A stretch of DNA of 18,713 nucleotides, from contig JBQTGV010000028.1 in NCBI GenBank assembly GCA_052390515.1, positions 1-18,713 on the forward strand. Reading direction: 5' to 3'. Shown piece by piece: positions 1 through 8,791 of this stretch (positions are counted from its first letter, which is position 1; every line of letters begins with the position of its first letter). The translations under genes were made by a program, and so were the position numbers. The stretch comes from Candidatus Eiseniibacteriota bacterium (GTDB taxonomy: Bacteria > ARS69). The notes under the pieces were generated by a model. That model worked only from the letters and a program-made list of their open reading frames with translations. It made no database searches and was not told where the DNA came from.

Positions 1-21
1 GAGGCCGTTCCTACCCGCGAG

Positions 22-1320
22 TTAGTGGCCCCCGTGAACCGCAAGGACCCGTTTCGTCGCGTCGGACTGCAGCCAGACGATGCGGTGCAGGTCGTCGGCG
101 CCGGCCGGGCACGCGGCGCTGCCGGCCGCGAGCCAGGCGGCATCGACCGGGAAGACCACCTCGCGCACCAGGATCTCCCCCGGTGCGGAGAACACCACCG
201 GCTCCTCGTGGTAGGCCCGGGGCACCGACCGGAAGGGACAGTCGTTCCCGACCTCCTCGACCTCCTCCTCGACCAGCAGGAACCGGAGCGTGAGGCCGCC
301 GGACGGCCCGCCTCCACGCCATTTCACGCGCGCGGTGATGCGCGACGAAGCGGCGTCGCGGAGCTCCTCGGTGGAGAGGGCGTACGGGCAGTCCCCCGCG
401 CACTCGGCCAGCGCCGCACCGACCTGGACGCCGTATTGCGTGAGGTTTCCGGTCTGGCTGCCCACGAGCAGGTTCGCGTGATCGCCCTGGACGACGAGCA
501 TCGGCCACCCGAGCAGGACGCCGCCGGTGTAGTAGGACTCGCGAGCCTTCCAGAGATCGTCGTAGAGCGGCAGGTTCGCCCGCGTGTGCCACTCGACGAC
601 CCAGAAGTCCTCGGGATGCGCAGCCTGGAGAGCCTGCAGCTCGTCGACCGACGGCGGACAGTTCGGGCAGACCACGTACGTCGTCATCTCGGCGAGGACT
701 CCATGCACCGGTCCGAGCGTCGCCGCGACCGGCGTCTCGAGTCCCGTGTCGACGCGAACCTCGATCGGAGCGGTGTCCTCGTAGCCGGTCTTCGCCAGCA
801 CGAACCGCGTGGGGCCACAGGGCAGGCCTTCCACCAGCGCGGGCGTCGCCTTCCCGGTCGGTACGAAGACTCCGGGCGAAGACTCGACCAGGATCTCCGC
901 GCCCGAGAGCGGCGCCGCGGTCAGCTCGTCCACCGCCGACACGAGCGCTGCGCCGAACTCGCGGGCCTCGAGCACGAAGTCCACCGCGGCGACCTCGCCG
1001 GGGACCACCTCGACGACGACCTCCGAGGTGGGGAGCGTGGCGAAGCACTCGCGCCGTGCGCTCACCAGGTGCGTGCCGGCGGAGAGCGGCCCGAGCGGCC
1101 CCGACGGATCCCGCGCGACCAGCTCACCGTCGACGTACACGTCCACGTTCGCCGCGCCCTGGATGCGCACATCGAGACGCCCGAGCGTCGGCCGTGCGAG
1201 ATCGTCGCGGCACCCGGCGGTGAGCGACACCGCGGTGACCAGCACCGCGCGCAGCAGCCTGCGCCCGCTCCTCGATCCGGATCTCCGCAAGCACCGTCTC
1301 ACGATCCCCTCCGCGACCAT
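22..1320 (-). CDS. PEGA-like / Omp28-like thioredoxin-fold lipoprotein
   Basis: 432-aa ORF with lipobox-like LTAG-C after a basic/hydrophobic leader. It has PEGA/carboxypeptidase-regulatory-like beta segments (VDVYVDGELV..., FVLAKTGYED) and VLAEMTTYVVCPNCP...VVEWH, resembling the Omp28 CxxC domain. Exact start uncertain. Confidence 0.75.
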   Translation of the reverse strand: MVAEGIVRRCLRRSGSRSGRRLLRAVLVTAVSLTAGCRDDLARPTLGRLDVRIQGAANVDVYVDGELVARDPSGPLGPLSAGTHLVSARRECFATLPTSEVVVEVVPGEVAAVDFVLEAREFGAALVSAVDELTAAPLSGAEILVESSPGVFVPTGKATPALVEGLPCGPTRFVLAKTGYEDTAPIEVRVDTGLETPVAATLGPVHGVLAEMTTYVVCPNCPPSVDELQALQAAHPEDFWVVEWHTRANLPLYDDLWKARESYYTGGVLLGWPMLVVQGDHANLLVGSQTGNLTQYGVQVGAALAECAGDCPYALSTEELRDAASSRITARVKWRGGGPSGGLTLRFLLVEEEVEEVGNDCPFRSVPRAYHEEPVVFSAPGEILVREVVFPVDAAWLAAGSAACPAGADDLHRIVWLQSDATKRVLAVHGGH

Positions 1321-1393
1321 TCTACGCCGTCCGTGGCTCCGGCACGGCAGCTACGTTGCTCGGCCATCTGATCAGCTCTTCCGAGACGGAGCA

Positions 1394-2881
1394 CTAGTAG
1401 CGTCCGACCCACTGCAGCTTCAGACCTTCGAACTCCGGCTCGAAGAAGCACACGCCGCCGGTGCACTTCCAGCCCCCGCGCTCGGAGCCGTAGCTCAGCG
1501 TGACGTTGTGGCCGTCCGCCACGGCGATCTCGGTGCGGAACGCCAGCCAGTCGTCCCGGGGCTCGTCCGGGTTGTCCTCGGTCGTGTCCTCGTACGAGAC
1601 GGTCGCCTGCAGCCACGGCGAACGCCCGTAGGACGCGGAGAGCACGCGTTCCCGGAACTCCTCGGGATGCTGGAACGCCTGGGTGACCGCGTCGGAGACC
1701 TGCGCCTGTGACCACTCTGCACCCAGCGTGAGGCTGTTCGCCTCGTCCAGCGGGAGGACCAGCTCCCCGAACCCCGAGATGCGCTCCTCGAAGATGTTGC
1801 CGAACCGGAACTCGGACTCCGCGGCGGCCGCCGTCACGAAGACCCGTTCGCGCCAGGTGGTCTTCGCCTCTCCCGAGAGCTCCCAGAACGCGTCGCCGGA
1901 GTCGTCCGCGTCGATCTTGCCGAAGGCCGTCTGCACGGTCGTGAACAGTCCGGCCGAGTACTCGGCGGCGGCGTGATACCCCTTCACGTCGTCGTCGGGA
2001 ATGTCCTGCAGCGCCCGGCCGACCTCGCGGTTCAGCAGCGTCCAGCTGTGCTGGGTGAGCGTGGTCGGCGCGTCGTTGTAGGGGTGCTCGAAGCGGAACA
2101 TGTCCCGGAACTCCCCGGAGAGAGTGAGTCCGCTCACCGTGCCCACGGCGGAGACGAACGCCCCGTGACCGGGTGTGCCGAGCTCGCCGAGACCGTTTCG
2201 CCCGGCGAAGTCCCGCCGCACGTACTCCGCGTACACGCTTCCGGGCTCGAACGTGACTTCGGCGAAGGCGCCGGCGTGCTGCTCCCTGGCGGCGATCTCG
2301 GTCGCGCCGCCGCTTCCCCAGGCTTCCACGAAGCTCGCCCCTCCGCGCACCGGGCCGACCGCGTTCGCCTCGGCGAACACGCCGCGGAAGCGGTTCCCCT
2401 CATGACTTCCGCCCAATGCCGTCAGCGCGCCGAGCTCATGATCGAGCTGGCCGCGTACGCCCTCCAGGCGGGTGTCGAAGTTCAGCTCCTCGTCCTCGAA
2501 CACGGAGAGGGCGAGGCCCCGCCCGAACACGTGGGGGACGTCCCCGGCGGTGACGCGCAGCGCATCCCGCTCCAGCGTCAGCGAGCGCTTGGACACCTCG
2601 GTGCGGTCGATGCGTTGCTCGGCGTCGAGCGTGGGCGCGTCCGCGGCGGCGAAGGGATCGTAGGTGTTCGCGTCCGAGACGGAGAGGGACTCCAGCCGGA
2701 TCCACGCCGAGAAGACCCCGTGACGGGCGCTCACCTCGAGGCGGTTGCGGAAGGCTTCCTCGCGGCCGCCCTCGGGATCGAGGCGGCGGTAGTCCAGCTT
2801 GTTCGTGGCGCCGAGGGAGAGGGCCGGCTCGTCGGCGAACGCGACCGCCGGCAGTAGCGCGAGGACCGCAAGCCGCCTCAA
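1394..2881 (-). CDS. DUF6029-like outer-membrane beta-barrel protein (495 aa)
   Basis: C-terminal part of track ORF 1394..3514. The TTG start at 2881 overlaps the TGA of the upstream TlpA gene and gives signal peptide MRRLAVLALLPAVAFA. Amphipathic beta strands run throughout, and the C-terminus GGWKCTGGVCFFEPEFEGLKLQWVGRY ends in an aromatic residue. Confidence 0.75.
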   Translation of the reverse strand: MRRLAVLALLPAVAFADEPALSLGATNKLDYRRLDPEGGREEAFRNRLEVSARHGVFSAWIRLESLSVSDANTYDPFAAADAPTLDAEQRIDRTEVSKRSLTLERDALRVTAGDVPHVFGRGLALSVFEDEELNFDTRLEGVRGQLDHELGALTALGGSHEGNRFRGVFAEANAVGPVRGGASFVEAWGSGGATEIAAREQHAGAFAEVTFEPGSVYAEYVRRDFAGRNGLGELGTPGHGAFVSAVGTVSGLTLSGEFRDMFRFEHPYNDAPTTLTQHSWTLLNREVGRALQDIPDDDVKGYHAAAEYSAGLFTTVQTAFGKIDADDSGDAFWELSGEAKTTWRERVFVTAAAAESEFRFGNIFEERISGFGELVLPLDEANSLTLGAEWSQAQVSDAVTQAFQHPEEFRERVLSASYGRSPWLQATVSYEDTTEDNPDEPRDDWLAFRTEIAVADGHNVTLSYGSERGGWKCTGGVCFFEPEFEGLKLQWVGRY

Positions 2882-3441
2882 CCCGAGGAAGCCTCGGCAG
2901 CTTCGCCGGGAGCGGCTTCGGGTGCCGCCTCGACCGGCGCGTCGAGCGCGGGGCCGAGCATCTCGCGGACCACTTTCTCCAGCTCTTCCTCGTCGCCAGG
3001 CCGATACCCGGTGTGCCGGTAGCGGACGAACCCCTCGCGGTCGAGCACGACCACGTAGGGAACGGAGCCTTCGCCCTGGAGCTGGCGGAACACTTCCTGG
3101 TCGCCGTCGAGCAGCACGTGGAAGGTGAAGCCGTGCCCCTTCACGAACGGCCTCACCCGGGACTGCGACTTCGGCGAGTCGATCGTCACCGCGAGGACCT
3201 GCACCCCGTGCTTCGCGTACTCGTCGTGCAGCCGCTGAATGAAGGGCAGCTCCTTGATGCACGGCTTGCACCACGTCGCCCAGAAGTCCACGACCACCGG
3301 GCCCTTGCCGAGGTACTCCTCGAGCGTCACGGCGCGGCCGGAGATGTCCGTGGCACGGAAGTTCGGTGCGCGGTACGCCCCGGCGGCGCCCGCCGGTGCG
3401 GCGGCGAGCAGCAGGGCGAAGCACGCGAGCAGGCGAATCAT
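2878..3441 (-). CDS. TlpA/ResA-family thiol:disulfide oxidoreductase (exported)
   Basis: C-terminal part of track ORF 2878..4773. Signal peptide MIRLLACFALLLAAAPAGA, motif VVVDFWATWCKPCIKELP and cis-Pro motif SVPY. An alternative in-frame GTG start at 3477 overlaps the GT9 stop. Confidence 0.92.
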   Translation of the reverse strand: MIRLLACFALLLAAAPAGAAGAYRAPNFRATDISGRAVTLEEYLGKGPVVVDFWATWCKPCIKELPFIQRLHDEYAKHGVQVLAVTIDSPKSQSRVRPFVKGHGFTFHVLLDGDQEVFRQLQGEGSVPYVVVLDREGFVRYRHTGYRPGDEEELEKVVREMLGPALDAPVEAAPEAAPGEAAEASSG

Positions 3442-3473
3442 CGGGACACGATACACGACCCGGAGGCGCGGCG

Positions 3474-4604
3474 TCACCGCCGGACCCCCGCCAGGACGCG
3501 CTGTACCGCGGCATGGACCGTGTCCGGAGTGATCAGGTCCTGGCAGCTCGGGCTGATGTCGCAGGTGCGCCGGTAGCACGGGTGGCAGGAGATCGGCGTG
3601 ACCACCTTCTCGCCGCGGCCGTACAGCTCGATCTCCTGCGGGCAGGTCGAGCCGAACAGAACCACCACCGGGACCTTCGCCGCGATGGCCAGGTGCATCC
3701 CCAGCGTGTCCCCGGTGACGACGAGGTCGCAGGCCGCCACGACCCCCGCGAAGACGGGAAGCGAGTGGTCCGTCCCGCTGTCCACGGCGGTGCCGCGCGC
3801 GGCGGCGGCGATGCCCGCGTTTCGCTCCCGCTCTTCCGGACCGCCGAGCAGCACCACGCGGCAGCCTTCCCGGTCCAGCCGCCGGGCGAGCTCCGCATAG
3901 CCGGCCTCGGTCCATGCCTTGTTGGCGAAGACGCTGCCCGCCCCGGTGTTGAAGCCCACGAGCGGACCGGATCCTTCGCGCAGGCCGGAGCGTCGAAGCG
4001 CCTCCCGCCCCGCCGGGAGGTTCGCCTGCACCGCCGGCACGTCGTACTCCTCGCCCTTCCACGGGAGGCCGCAAACCTCGAACGTGATGTCCTGGTAGGA
4101 GCGCTCGTTCTCGTGGAACTTGAGGCGATCGGAGAGGCCGAGATCGTACGCGTACCGCGCGGAAGGATGGAGCGGCACGAGAGCGCCGTTCACCTCGCGG
4201 CCGAAGCCGCGCCGCTCCCGGGTCTGCACGCGGGACGCGATCGCCGTCGGATACGGGTCCTTGTCGAGCGAAAGCACGAGATCGAAGCCCTCGACTTCGA
4301 GCAGCGCCGACGTCTCCCAGCCCGGGAAGAGCAGGCGGTGGATCCGCGGGTGTCCGCGAAGGAGCGGCGCGGAGGACTCCCCGGCGACCCAGGTCACCGA
4401 GACGGGACCGGGGCCGGCCGTCAGGGGGCGGAGGAGCGGGGTCGTGCGCAGGACGTCGCCCAGCGCACCGATCTTGAGGACGAGGATGCGCCGGCCGAGC
4501 GGCGAGTACTCCGGGCAGTCGGGGCATTCGCGCCGGTGAATGCAGGGGCGATCGCCCTCGAAGTGGCGGCAGTCGGTCTTCCAGCCCGTCTCGGTTGCGG
4601 ACAT
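3474..4604 (-). CDS. Glycosyltransferase family 9 (ADP-heptose:LPS heptosyltransferase-like)
   Basis: Motifs RILVLKIGALGDVLRTTP, VGFNTGAG...NKAW and VTGDTLGMHLAIAAKVPVVVLFGST. Start is ATG 4604 or 4622. Confidence 0.92.
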   Translation of the reverse strand: MSATETGWKTDCRHFEGDRPCIHRRECPDCPEYSPLGRRILVLKIGALGDVLRTTPLLRPLTAGPGPVSVTWVAGESSAPLLRGHPRIHRLLFPGWETSALLEVEGFDLVLSLDKDPYPTAIASRVQTRERRGFGREVNGALVPLHPSARYAYDLGLSDRLKFHENERSYQDITFEVCGLPWKGEEYDVPAVQANLPAGREALRRSGLREGSGPLVGFNTGAGSVFANKAWTEAGYAELARRLDREGCRVVLLGGPEERERNAGIAAAARGTAVDSGTDHSLPVFAGVVAACDLVVTGDTLGMHLAIAAKVPVVVLFGSTCPQEIELYGRGEKVVTPISCHPCYRRTCDISPSCQDLITPDTVHAAVQRVLAGVRR

Positions 4605-4647
4605 CGGATTCCCCGGTGGCATCGCTCGCGAAAGTCCCGCGAAAGCT

Positions 4648-4653
4648 AGTATA
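4648..4653 (-). promoter_or_regulatory. Candidate -10 box (TATACT) for the GT9-TlpA-DUF6029-Omp28 operon
   Basis: AGTATA on + reads TATACT on -, in an AT-richer patch of the divergent intergenic region. Confidence 0.4.
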
Positions 4654-4691
4654 ACGAAACGCGCGAAACCACCGATCGTTGCGGCGCCGGC

Positions 4692-4721
4692 TTGCCAGGG
4701 GGCGGACGCGCCAGTTACGAT
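4692..4721 (+). promoter_or_regulatory. Candidate sigma70 promoter for the GGDEF gene
   Basis: TTGCCA(4692-4697)-18 bp-TACGAT(4716-4721), about 40 bp upstream of ATG 4761. Confidence 0.45.
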
Positions 4722-4760
4722 CGCTGACAGGACTTCCGCACCCGCCCCCCCGGGACCCTG

Positions 4761-6203
4761 ATGCGCAAGGCACGACTGACTTATCAGGACCTGGCCCGCA
4801 AGCTGTTGGCCGGGAGCCTGCTACAGGGCGACGAGCGCCGCCTCGCCGAGGAACTGCTCAGCCTGGGACAAGGGGTCGAGACGGGGCGGCGGCTCGGCGC
4901 CCTGCTGGAGCGGCTGGCGGATCGGCACGCCCTGAACCGGCTCTCGCGCCCCGAAGACCGGCCCACGGTCCGCCGCTACCTCGATCCGACGAACGGCGAC
5001 CAGTGGTCGCTGGAGCTGCCCGGGCCGCGCCCGATCGCCGAGGCACCGGCGCCCCAGGCGAGTAGGGTTCCCGCCCAGGCGGAGCCCGGGCCACCGCCGG
5101 CCGCCGAGAAGCCGCGGCTCGTCCTGCCCGTCATGGAGGTGGACCCGGAGCCCGGAGTCTCGCGGCGGCTCCAGGACGAGCGTACCGGGGAGCCGCTGCG
5201 AACGCTCTTCGCCACCTTCGTGCCGTGCAAGACGCCGGACGAGCTGGGCGAGGCGCTCCTGCCGGTGCGAGGACAGATCCTGCAGCGCACGCGGGCCGGC
5301 TCGGTGCACTTCCACCTCGTGGGCGAAAGTGCCGGCGAGCTCGTTCCGGTGCCGTTCCGCGACGAGCCGCTTCCGGCGGCTGCCGCCCTGGGTGGGCGCG
5401 TCCCCGAACGCGTGCTCGGCGCAGGCCGCACGTTGCACGTGCCGAACCTCGCCGCGCCAGGCGCCGGCGGGGCTCCCGGCGAGAAGGGTGCGCTCGTCTC
5501 CGTTCCGATGATCGCCGGCGAGCGCGTCGTCGGTTTGATGGAGGTGCGGGCGGTGACTCCCGGGCCGTTCGATCCGGAGGAGCTCGCCTTCTTCTCGCTG
5601 GCCGGGATGATCGCCGGCGCCGCCGTGGGGCGCGCGGAGATCCTGGAGAAGCTCATCTACCTGGACAAGCTCACCGGCCTCTACAACCGCGCGTACTTCG
5701 ACGACCAGATCGAGCGCGAGATCGAGCGCGCCAACCGCTCCAACGAGCCGGTCGCGCTGCTCATGGCCGACCTCGACCACTTCAAGCGGATCAACGACAC
5801 GCACGGGCACGCCGCCGGGGACCTTGCTCTCGCGCACGTGGCTTCGCTCATCCGCGCGAACGTGCGGCAGATCGACGTGGCAGCGCGCTACGGCGGCGAG
5901 GAATTCGCCATCCTGCTGCCTTCCACCTCGCAGGCGCGCGCGCTGAGCACCGCGGAGCGGCTGCGCCGCGTCGTGCACGCGAGCCGTGCCGGCGAGATCA
6001 TTCCCGCGCTGGGAGACGCGAAGCTCTCGCTCTCGATCGGGCTCGCGCTCTATCCGGACGACGCGGCGACCTCTCGCCTGCTGTTCGATCGCGCCGACCG
6101 CGTGGCCCTCTACGCGGCGAAGAACCGCGGCCGCAACCGCGTGGTCTCCTGGGCCGACGCTCGCGGTACGCGGGAGTCGCTGCGGCCGGCGCGGGAGAGC
6201 TGA
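4761..6203 (+). CDS. GAF-GGDEF diguanylate cyclase
   Basis: DKLTGLYNR, DLDHFKRINDTHGHAAGD, RxxD I-site (RQID) and ARYGGEEF. A GAF-like segment precedes it (LVSVPMIAGERVVGLMEV...PFDPEEL). Confidence 0.95.
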   Translation: MRKARLTYQDLARKLLAGSLLQGDERRLAEELLSLGQGVETGRRLGALLERLADRHALNRLSRPEDRPTVRRYLDPTNGDQWSLELPGPRPIAEAPAPQASRVPAQAEPGPPPAAEKPRLVLPVMEVDPEPGVSRRLQDERTGEPLRTLFATFVPCKTPDELGEALLPVRGQILQRTRAGSVHFHLVGESAGELVPVPFRDEPLPAAAALGGRVPERVLGAGRTLHVPNLAAPGAGGAPGEKGALVSVPMIAGERVVGLMEVRAVTPGPFDPEELAFFSLAGMIAGAAVGRAEILEKLIYLDKLTGLYNRAYFDDQIEREIERANRSNEPVALLMADLDHFKRINDTHGHAAGDLALAHVASLIRANVRQIDVAARYGGEEFAILLPSTSQARALSTAERLRRVVHASRAGEIIPALGDAKLSLSIGLALYPDDAATSRLLFDRADRVALYAAKNRGRNRVVSWADARGTRESLRPARES

Positions 6204-6214
6204 CGGCCCTCACA

Positions 6215-6360
6215 GGTTCCGAAGTCGGACGAAGTTCCGCCTCGCTCAAGCTCGCTCGCCGTCCATGGCTCGCTCGCATCGTTGCCGCCGGCCTCCGCCG
6301 TCCGTGGCTGCGGCTGCGGCGGCTACGACGCGAGGCGGAACTTCGTCCGACTTCGGAACC
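6215..6360. repeat. 146-bp MITE/REP-like element with perfect 31-bp terminal inverted repeats
   Basis: GGTTCCGAAGTCGGACGAAGTTCCGCCTCGC (6215-6245) is the exact reverse complement of 6330-6360. Two internal GCCGTCC(A/G)TGGCT motifs. Lies between two convergent genes. Confidence 0.85.
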
Positions 6361-6364
6361 GTTG

Positions 6365-8674
6365 TCACCGCCACTTCGAGACTTCCGGAATCTCCGCGAG
6401 CGCAGGCCGCTGCGCGAGCGCCGCGCGGACGTGGGCGCGGCCGTCGTCCGTTCGCCCCGTCTCCGCCAGCGCGATCCCGAGATGCGCGCGCACTTCCGGA
6501 TCGCCGGTCAGATCGAACGCCTTGCGGAGCGAGGCGAGGCCGTCGGCCGCCCGCCCGGCGCGGATCGAGGCCCAGCCGTGCGTGTCCAGGATCGCCGGAT
6601 CGTCCGGTGCCAGCTCGGCCGCGCGTGAGGCCAGCGTCCAGGCCTCGGACGGATCGAGCGACTCGTCGGCGAGGATCCATGCCAGGTTGTTCAGCGTCTC
6701 GACCTCGTCCGGCGCGAGCGCGAGGCCCGCGCGCAGCACCTCCACCGCTTCGCCGGAGCGCCCCGCGTGCGAGAGGAGCAACGCCTTGCCGTTGATCGCG
6801 TCGCGGCAGGCCGGATCGACGGCGAGCGAGCGGTCGTAGTCGGCGAGCGCACCGGCCTCGTCCCCGGATGCCTCACGGGCGCGGGCCAGCGCGGCCCTGG
6901 CGGCGGCATCCTCCGGCGCGAGGTCGGCGGCGCGGGCCAGCGCCTCGACCGCCTCGGCGTGCGCGCCGTCCTCCGAGAGCAGGGTCCCGAGAAGCGCCCA
7001 CGCGTCGGCATCCTCGGCGTCGGCCGCGACCGCGTCCCGGTAGCCGCGGACCGCCGCCGCTCGATCCCCGAGGCGGAGCCGGGCGAACGCGAGGTTCTTG
7101 CGCATCGTCCCGTCCGCGGGAGTCCGCTGGAGGATCTCCTCGCACAGCTCGGCGACCTCGGCCCAGCGCTCGTCCAGGCGCTTCAGCAGCGCGAGCCGTT
7201 CCAGCACCTTCACGTTCGCGGGATCCTCCGCGCGGAGCTCGACGAGGATCTTCTCGGCGTCCGCCGTGCGACCGTCGAGCATCAGCGTGGGCACTTCCTG
7301 GAAGCGGTTGAAGAAGTCGACCATGTCCTTGGGATCGGGGCCCGAGCGGCTCCACAGATCTGTGCGCGGCGCTTCGCCGGCGCCTCCCCCGCCGACGTAA
7401 CCGAGCCGCTCCAGCTGCTCGCGCACCAGCGGGTCGATCGAGGCTTCCTCGGCCGGCAGCGCGAGGCCGCGCGCATGGTGACGCTCCAGCGCGGCGGTGA
7501 GCTCGCGGACGATCGCGGGATGCGCGGCGGCGACGTCGCGCGCCTCGGTCGGATCGGACGCGAGATCGAACAGCTCCGGGCGTGGCGCGTCGATCAGCTT
7601 CCACGACCCGCGGCGGATCGAGCGCAGCCCGGACCAGCCGTAGTTGAGCTGCGGCAGCAGGCACTCCCCGAGCACGTCCTCCGTGGCCTGCGCCTCCCCC
7701 CGCGCCACGCCGAGCCGCGAGCGCCCGTCGATCCCGTCCGGCACCGGCACGCCGACCGCTTCCAGCAGCGTGGGCATCACGTCGACGAGCGAGACCGGTT
7801 CCGCCACCCGCGCCGCGACCGGCACTCCCGGCCCCGACAGCACCCAGGGCACGCGCAGCGTCGACTCGTACACGAAGAGACCGTGCGTCTGCTCTCCGTG
7901 ATCGCCGAGGGACTCTCCGTGATCGGCGGTCACCGCCACGGTGACCCGGGACGAAGGCCCGCCCAGCGCGGCGAGGATCCTGCCGATCTGCTCGTCGACG
8001 TAGGCGACTTCGCCCTCGTACGAACCGGGTCCGTAGCGGGTGGAGTGCGGAGGCGGCGGGCTGTACACCGCGTGCGGATCGAAGAAGTGGATCCAGGCGA
8101 AGAAGGGAGCGCGCTCCTCCCGGGCGGAGGCGAGCCAGGCGAGCAACGAGTCGGCGGTCTGCCCGGCCGGGCGCTCTTCGTAGAACAGCTTCTCCGCGAC
8201 GGCCTGCTCGTTTTCGTCGTGCACCGCCCCGGCCGCCAGCGCGGTGAAGTCGTCGTCGTACGTCGCGAAGCCTTGATCCGTCCCGAACTCGCGCCCGATC
8301 GGCACGGCGGAGACGAAAGCCGCGGTTCGCCAGCCGCGCTCGGAGAGGATCTCGGCGAGCGTCCGGGCGTCCGCGGGGAGCCGCCCGGTGCCGTTGTCGC
8401 GAATGGTGTGGCGGTCCGGGTAGAGCCCGGTCAGGATCGTGCAGTGCGAGGGCAACGTGAGCGGCACCGGCGCCGTGGCCTGCAGGAAGATCGTGCCGCG
8501 CTCGGCGATCCCGTCGATGGCGGGCGTTTCGCAGAGGCCGTGGCCGTAGCAGCCGATGCGATCGGCCCGGCACGTGTCGATGGTCACGAGCACGAGGCCG
8601 CCGGAGCCGCGCTCGCCGCATCCGGCGAGCAGAACCTGCGCAAGGAGAGCCGCGGCACAGGTCCCTCGCACCAC
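6365..8674 (-). CDS. Sulfatase-like hydrolase/transferase with C-terminal TPR repeats, probable lipoprotein
   Basis: LVLVTIDTCRAD, PLTLPSHCTILTGLYP, WIHFFDPH, TADHGESLGDHGE and ELFDLASDPTE, then several Ala-rich TPR helix pairs. Lipobox LLAG-C. GTG start at 8674 or 8671 is more plausible than 8734. Confidence 0.9.
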   Translation of the reverse strand: MVRGTCAAALLAQVLLAGCGERGSGGLVLVTIDTCRADRIGCYGHGLCETPAIDGIAERGTIFLQATAPVPLTLPSHCTILTGLYPDRHTIRDNGTGRLPADARTLAEILSERGWRTAAFVSAVPIGREFGTDQGFATYDDDFTALAAGAVHDENEQAVAEKLFYEERPAGQTADSLLAWLASAREERAPFFAWIHFFDPHAVYSPPPPHSTRYGPGSYEGEVAYVDEQIGRILAALGGPSSRVTVAVTADHGESLGDHGEQTHGLFVYESTLRVPWVLSGPGVPVAARVAEPVSLVDVMPTLLEAVGVPVPDGIDGRSRLGVARGEAQATEDVLGECLLPQLNYGWSGLRSIRRGSWKLIDAPRPELFDLASDPTEARDVAAAHPAIVRELTAALERHHARGLALPAEEASIDPLVREQLERLGYVGGGGAGEAPRTDLWSRSGPDPKDMVDFFNRFQEVPTLMLDGRTADAEKILVELRAEDPANVKVLERLALLKRLDERWAEVAELCEEILQRTPADGTMRKNLAFARLRLGDRAAAVRGYRDAVAADAEDADAWALLGTLLSEDGAHAEAVEALARAADLAPEDAAARAALARAREASGDEAGALADYDRSLAVDPACRDAINGKALLLSHAGRSGEAVEVLRAGLALAPDEVETLNNLAWILADESLDPSEAWTLASRAAELAPDDPAILDTHGWASIRAGRAADGLASLRKAFDLTGDPEVRAHLGIALAETGRTDDGRAHVRAALAQRPALAEIPEVSKWR

Positions 8675-8744
8675 GACCCTCCCCGCTCGGGTAAGAAAGG
8701 GTAAAACGTTATGCGCGCGTGCTCCGCCGGTCAACCGCGGGAGC

Positions 8745-8774
8745 TTGACACTCCCGTCATGACGTTTCTATGGT
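8745..8774 (+). promoter_or_regulatory. Candidate sigma70 promoter for the metalloprotease gene
   Basis: TTGACA(8745-8750)-18 bp-TATGGT(8769-8774), followed by a GGAGGAG RBS and ATG 8792. Confidence 0.55.
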
Positions 8775-8791
8775 CGGCTGGAGGAGTCTCC

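Noticed and set aside
22-3441. Selenocysteine recoding in the redox genes
   Set aside because: All CxxC motifs are encoded by Cys codons, with no in-frame TGA.
2882-4773. Long N-terminal extensions of track ORFs 1394..3514 and 2878..4773 (apparent fusions or overlaps)
   Set aside because: Arg/Pro/Gly-rich off-frame read-through over the real TlpA and GT9 genes. True starts with signal peptides lie at 2881 and 3441/3477.
6215-6360. CRISPR array or tRNA
   Set aside because: Only one inverted pair, with no direct repeat-spacer periodicity, no cloverleaf with T-loop/CCA, and no cas genes.
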